DNA from: Verrucomicrobiota bacterium
GTDB lineage: Bacteria; Verrucomicrobiota; Verrucomicrobiia; Limisphaerales; AAA164-E04
DNA: 64,000 nucleotides
Assembly (NCBI GenBank): GCA_047947115.1
Contig: CP170459.1
Location: 672,001-736,000, forward strand
Reading direction: 5' to 3'
Shown here: positions 60,611-64,000 of the stretch, one piece after another
Layout of the letters: the number at the start of each line of letters is the position of its first letter
Position numbering within the stretch: position 1 is the first letter of the stretch
Made by a program: the position numbers and the translations under genes
The notes under the pieces: generated by a model
What the model was told of the DNA's origin: nothing
The model's database searches: none
Seen by the model: the letters and a program-made list of their open reading frames with translations, nothing else

Positions 60611-61972
60611 ATGAGCATACGCGTTCGATTTGCCCCGAGCCCGACCGGATACCTCCATATCGGAGGCGCCCGCACGGCATTGTTTAACTGGTTATACGCC
60701 CGGCACACCGGCGGAACATTCGTTTTACGCATCGAAGACACCGACGATGCACGTAATACCCAGGAGGCAGTGGACGTCATCCTTTCCAGCATGCGATGGT
60801 TGGGACTGGATTGGGATGAAGGCCCAACAACAGGCGACGCATCCGCAGCACCGAAGGGGGATCTCGGCCCGTATTTCCAATCACAACGTCGGGATATTTA
60901 TCAATCCCACATCGACAAACTATTGGCGGCCGACAAAGCATATGAACAGGACGGCGCCATCAAATTCCGCATGACACGCGAACCTGTTATCATACCGGAC
61001 ATGGTCTGCGGGGATGTCAACCGCAAGCTCACCGACCGGGAAGAAGCCGATCCGGATTTCGTCATTGTGCGATCCGATGGCAAACCTGTTTTCCATCTCG
61101 TCAACGTCATCGACGATCTGGAGATGGGCATCACCCATGTGATACGCGGGGAAGATCACCTGTCCAACACCTCCAAACACATCCAGCTTTTCAAAGCGCT
61201 CGGAGCAGAATGTCCGAAATACGCGCACATCCCCCTCATCCTGAACGGTGACGGATCCAAAATGAGCAAACGGGACCGTGGCGCATCCATGACCACCTAT
61301 ATGGAAGAAGGATTTGTTCCGGAAGCGGTGATCAACTACTTGTGCCTGCTGGGTTGGTCGCCCAAGGATGACCGGCAGAAAATGAATCTTCAGGAAGTAG
61401 TTGATATCTTCGACCTGCCCCAGATCCTGCGACACAACGCCCGCTTCGACATGGAGAAGCTCGTTTCCCTGAATGGACAGTATCTGGCTGAACTCGATTC
61501 CGAAACATATCGAACCCTGGCGGAGAACTCCCTAAAGCAGTCTGGCATCACGTTGGAATCCTTCCCGACAGAATATGTTCAGGCAGCCATTGACTCGACC
61601 GCAGGCAAACTCAAGCAAGTATCGGAAATCAAGGATTACGCCGTCTTTTATTTTCAGAACCCCGAAGAAGTCGAATGGGATGCCGAAGCCAGCGCCAAAT
61701 TACTGGTGATGGAAAACCACGCTCCAATCTCCGCTTTGAGGGATGCCTTTGACGCAGTGGAACCGTTCAATGCGGAAAGCGTGCAAGGAGCCTTCAAATC
61801 CACAGCCAAAGAACTCGGGGTGAAAGTCGGGGCATTGGTCAATCCCGTTCGACTTGCCTGCACCGGAAAAACCACGGGGCCGAGTCTCTATCATTTGATA
61901 GAAATCCTTGGCAAGGATCGAGTGATCGGCGATATAAACAAAGCACTCGACCGAATGCAGGGAAACGCTTAA
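60611..61972 (+). CDS. gltX: Glutamate--tRNA ligase
   Basis: RVRFAPSPTGYLHIGG, LRIEDTD, THVIRGEDH, KMSKR. Confidence 0.96.
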   Translation: MSIRVRFAPSPTGYLHIGGARTALFNWLYARHTGGTFVLRIEDTDDARNTQEAVDVILSSMRWLGLDWDEGPTTGDASAAPKGDLGPYFQSQRRDIYQSHIDKLLAADKAYEQDGAIKFRMTREPVIIPDMVCGDVNRKLTDREEADPDFVIVRSDGKPVFHLVNVIDDLEMGITHVIRGEDHLSNTSKHIQLFKALGAECPKYAHIPLILNGDGSKMSKRDRGASMTTYMEEGFVPEAVINYLCLLGWSPKDDRQKMNLQEVVDIFDLPQILRHNARFDMEKLVSLNGQYLAELDSETYRTLAENSLKQSGITLESFPTEYVQAAIDSTAGKLKQVSEIKDYAVFYFQNPEEVEWDAEASAKLLVMENHAPISALRDAFDAVEPFNAESVQGAFKSTAKELGVKVGALVNPVRLACTGKTTGPSLYHLIEILGKDRVIGDINKALDRMQGNA

Positions 61973-62007
61973 TTCTATTGAAGAATCCAAGAGTCACGCC
62001 CACACCT

Positions 62008-62376
62008 ATGAAAGCACTCAGAGTTTACGAATACAAAAATTGTGGCACCTGTCGTAAAGCATTGAAGTATCTGGACGAACAAGGCGTCACCTACGAGCGC
62101 ATCGCCATCCGGGAACAACCACCGACCATCGCGGAACTGAAGAAGATGCTTAAAGCCTTGAACGGTGAACTCAAACGCATGTTCAACACCTCGGGCGGAG
62201 ACTATAAATCCATGAACATGAAAGATCGCCTCCCCACCTTGACCGATACCGAAGCTCTGGAACTGCTGGCCGCCAACGGCAATCTCATCAAACGTCCCTT
62301 TGTCATTCAGGAGAACGATGGATTGATCGGATTCAAGGAAAACGAATGGGATGCCTTTCTGGAACGTCAAAGCTGA
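62008..62376 (+). CDS. ArsC/Spx/MgsR-family protein
   Basis: CGTCRKA, FNTSG, NGNLIKRPF. Confidence 0.88.
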   Translation: MKALRVYEYKNCGTCRKALKYLDEQGVTYERIAIREQPPTIAELKKMLKALNGELKRMFNTSGGDYKSMNMKDRLPTLTDTEALELLAANGNLIKRPFVIQENDGLIGFKENEWDAFLERQS

Positions 62377-62391
62377 TTCTATCGAAAACAT

Positions 62392-63666
62392 ATGAAATAC
62401 ATTTCCTGCATCCATCATTTGCTGGTCGCCGCAGCCATCACGCTTGCCACTCAACTACCTTACAACACACTCGCCGAAGATTACCTTTGGCCGGAATTCA
62501 GAGGCCCCGGCAAGCAAGGCCACGCATCCGCCAGGAATGTTCCGACAGAGTGGAGCAACACCAAGAACCTGGATTGGAAAATCAAAACCGGCCTGGGCGG
62601 ATGGGCATCTCCCGTTGTTTCCCATGAGAACATTATCTTGGCAGGTTCCAAAGAAGAAGGCGACCAACTGACACTTCACATCGCCTCATTCAAACTCAGC
62701 GATGGATCATTGAATTGGGAAAAGCAGGTCTTTGCGCCCTCAGCGGATATCGTCAAACAACGCCACTCCAAAAACAGCCACGCAAGCTGCACTCCAATAC
62801 TTGCCGACGGGAAAATCTACGCCCACTTCGGTCATTTCGGAACCTGTGCGCTGGACCTGGAAACCGGAAACATCCTCTGGAAAAAGGTCATCGAATACAA
62901 ACCGGTTCACGGAAACGGAGGTTCCCCCGCCCTGGTCGAGGGACTCCTTGTGTTCAGCGTGGACGGAAACAGCGACCCGGCTGTCTACGCCCTCAACGCC
63001 GACACAGGCGACATCGCATGGAAAACCCCCAGGCACTCCAGTGCTTCCAGGAAGTTTTCTTTTTCGACACCTCTGATTGTTGAGGTCAACGGTCAAAAAC
63101 AAATCATCAGCCCGGGCAGCGGCATGGTGGGAGCTTACGCAGTCAAAGACGGAAACCTGATCTGGCAGGTCCAGTACGGGGAAGGTTACTCCGTCATCCC
63201 CCGTCCGATTCTCCATAATCAAAAACTTTTCATCGGCACGGGATACAACAAACCCAACTTGCTGGCCATCCGGCTCACCGAACAAACCGGTGACTTGACC
63301 GACACCCACATCGCATGGGAAACCGACAAGTCAGCCCCCCACACCCCGTCCATGATTGCCGTGAACGGCGGACTCTACTTCATTTCAGACAATGGCATCC
63401 TGACCTGTGCCGACCCGGACACCGGAGACGTGCACTGGAGCGAGCGAGTTCGGGGCAACTATAGCGCTTCCCCCGTTGCTGTGGACAACCATATCTACTT
63501 CATCAGCGAATCCGGGAAAGTCACAATCATAGAAGCCAATACCCAAGCCTACACAGTGGTCGCAGAAAACGACCTCGAAGAGCGCACACTGGCGTCACCT
63601 GCCGTATGGGATGACACTCTCCTCATAAGAACCCAGGAATACCTTTGGAAAATCACGAAGCATTGA
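62392..63666 (+). CDS. Exported PQQ-binding-like beta-propeller protein
   Basis: WPEFRGP, GWASPVV, NSHASCTP, GGSP, FSTP, YSASPV, TLASPA repeats. Confidence 0.9.
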   Translation: MKYISCIHHLLVAAAITLATQLPYNTLAEDYLWPEFRGPGKQGHASARNVPTEWSNTKNLDWKIKTGLGGWASPVVSHENIILAGSKEEGDQLTLHIASFKLSDGSLNWEKQVFAPSADIVKQRHSKNSHASCTPILADGKIYAHFGHFGTCALDLETGNILWKKVIEYKPVHGNGGSPALVEGLLVFSVDGNSDPAVYALNADTGDIAWKTPRHSSASRKFSFSTPLIVEVNGQKQIISPGSGMVGAYAVKDGNLIWQVQYGEGYSVIPRPILHNQKLFIGTGYNKPNLLAIRLTEQTGDLTDTHIAWETDKSAPHTPSMIAVNGGLYFISDNGILTCADPDTGDVHWSERVRGNYSASPVAVDNHIYFISESGKVTIIEANTQAYTVVAENDLEERTLASPAVWDDTLLIRTQEYLWKITKH

Positions 63667-63692
63667 AGGCCAGTTAAAAAGCAATAAAAATC

Positions 63693-63830
63693 AAGAAGAA
63701 CATTTAACTTGTCGCGTACTTCATGAAGTGTCGACGAATGAATCCTTCCGACAAATTCAATTCTTCGAACATTCCAATCCAGATTGTTGATCTGATCAGA
63801 TAAAACAACGCCAGCTATATCTCGGTGAGA
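63693..63830 (-). pseudogene. mazF: C-terminal fragment of a MazF/PemK-family endoribonuclease toxin, truncated by IS66
   Basis: Minus-strand translation SHRDIAGVVLSDQINNLDWNVRRIEFVGRIHSSTLHEVRDKLNVLL resembles the MazF C-terminus. Not present in the ORF track. Confidence 0.72.
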
Positions 63831-64000
63831 GTAAGCGGTGTACCGGAGTCCCCCTGAATGATACTGTCAATTCAGATGGGATTGTTTAATTTGGAGGGTT
63901 CGCTTACCGGTTTGTGGTCAAGCGGCTCTGGATGTGGCTTTCAGCAGCCCGTTTCGGACGGCCCATTTCATTGGTGTCCATTCATCAATTTCCTGATTTG
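63831..64000 (-). mobile_element. Distal end of an IS66-family element, continuing beyond the window
   Basis: Terminus GTAAGCG at 63831. Minus-strand ORF end NQEIDEWTPMKWAVRNGLLKATSRAA* (stop at 63918-63920) resembles the IS66 TnpC C-terminus. Confidence 0.62.

Overview
Bacterial chromosomal window, most likely from a PVC-superphylum organism and probably Verrucomicrobiota. This rests on the DUF1501/DUF1549/DUF1553 modules, Planctomycete-type cytochrome c domains and a PVC-type heme-binding dehydrogenase. Housekeeping blocks are rluD-lgt, parB, kdsA-lptA-like-lptB-hprK-ptsH, argC, trmJ-like, a DEAD-box helicase, lysA, HU, panE and gltX. They surround an accessory region at about 15.7-44.4 kb. 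That region holds a four-gene DUF1501 module bracketed by a diverged direct duplication of about 0.6-0.7 kb, two PIN-domain toxin-antitoxin pairs, and a broken ECF sigma/HEAT gene. It also holds an rtcR-rtcBA RNA-repair locus hit twice: an IS4-family element with inverted repeats and an 8-bp target duplication at the predicted transcription start, and a TAG in place of a conserved Trp in rtcR. Further in are an orphan Hcp (T6SS tube family) protein carrying a Sec-type signal peptide, a membrane-anchored pentaheme cytochrome-TPR protein, and a BlaI/BlaR pair with two TACAnnTGTA operators. The right edge shows a mazF remnant cut by the end of an IS66 element. Several families of short palindromic intergenic repeats occur. 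No rRNA, tRNA or CRISPR array was recognised. All family assignments come from motif recognition by eye, not database searches.
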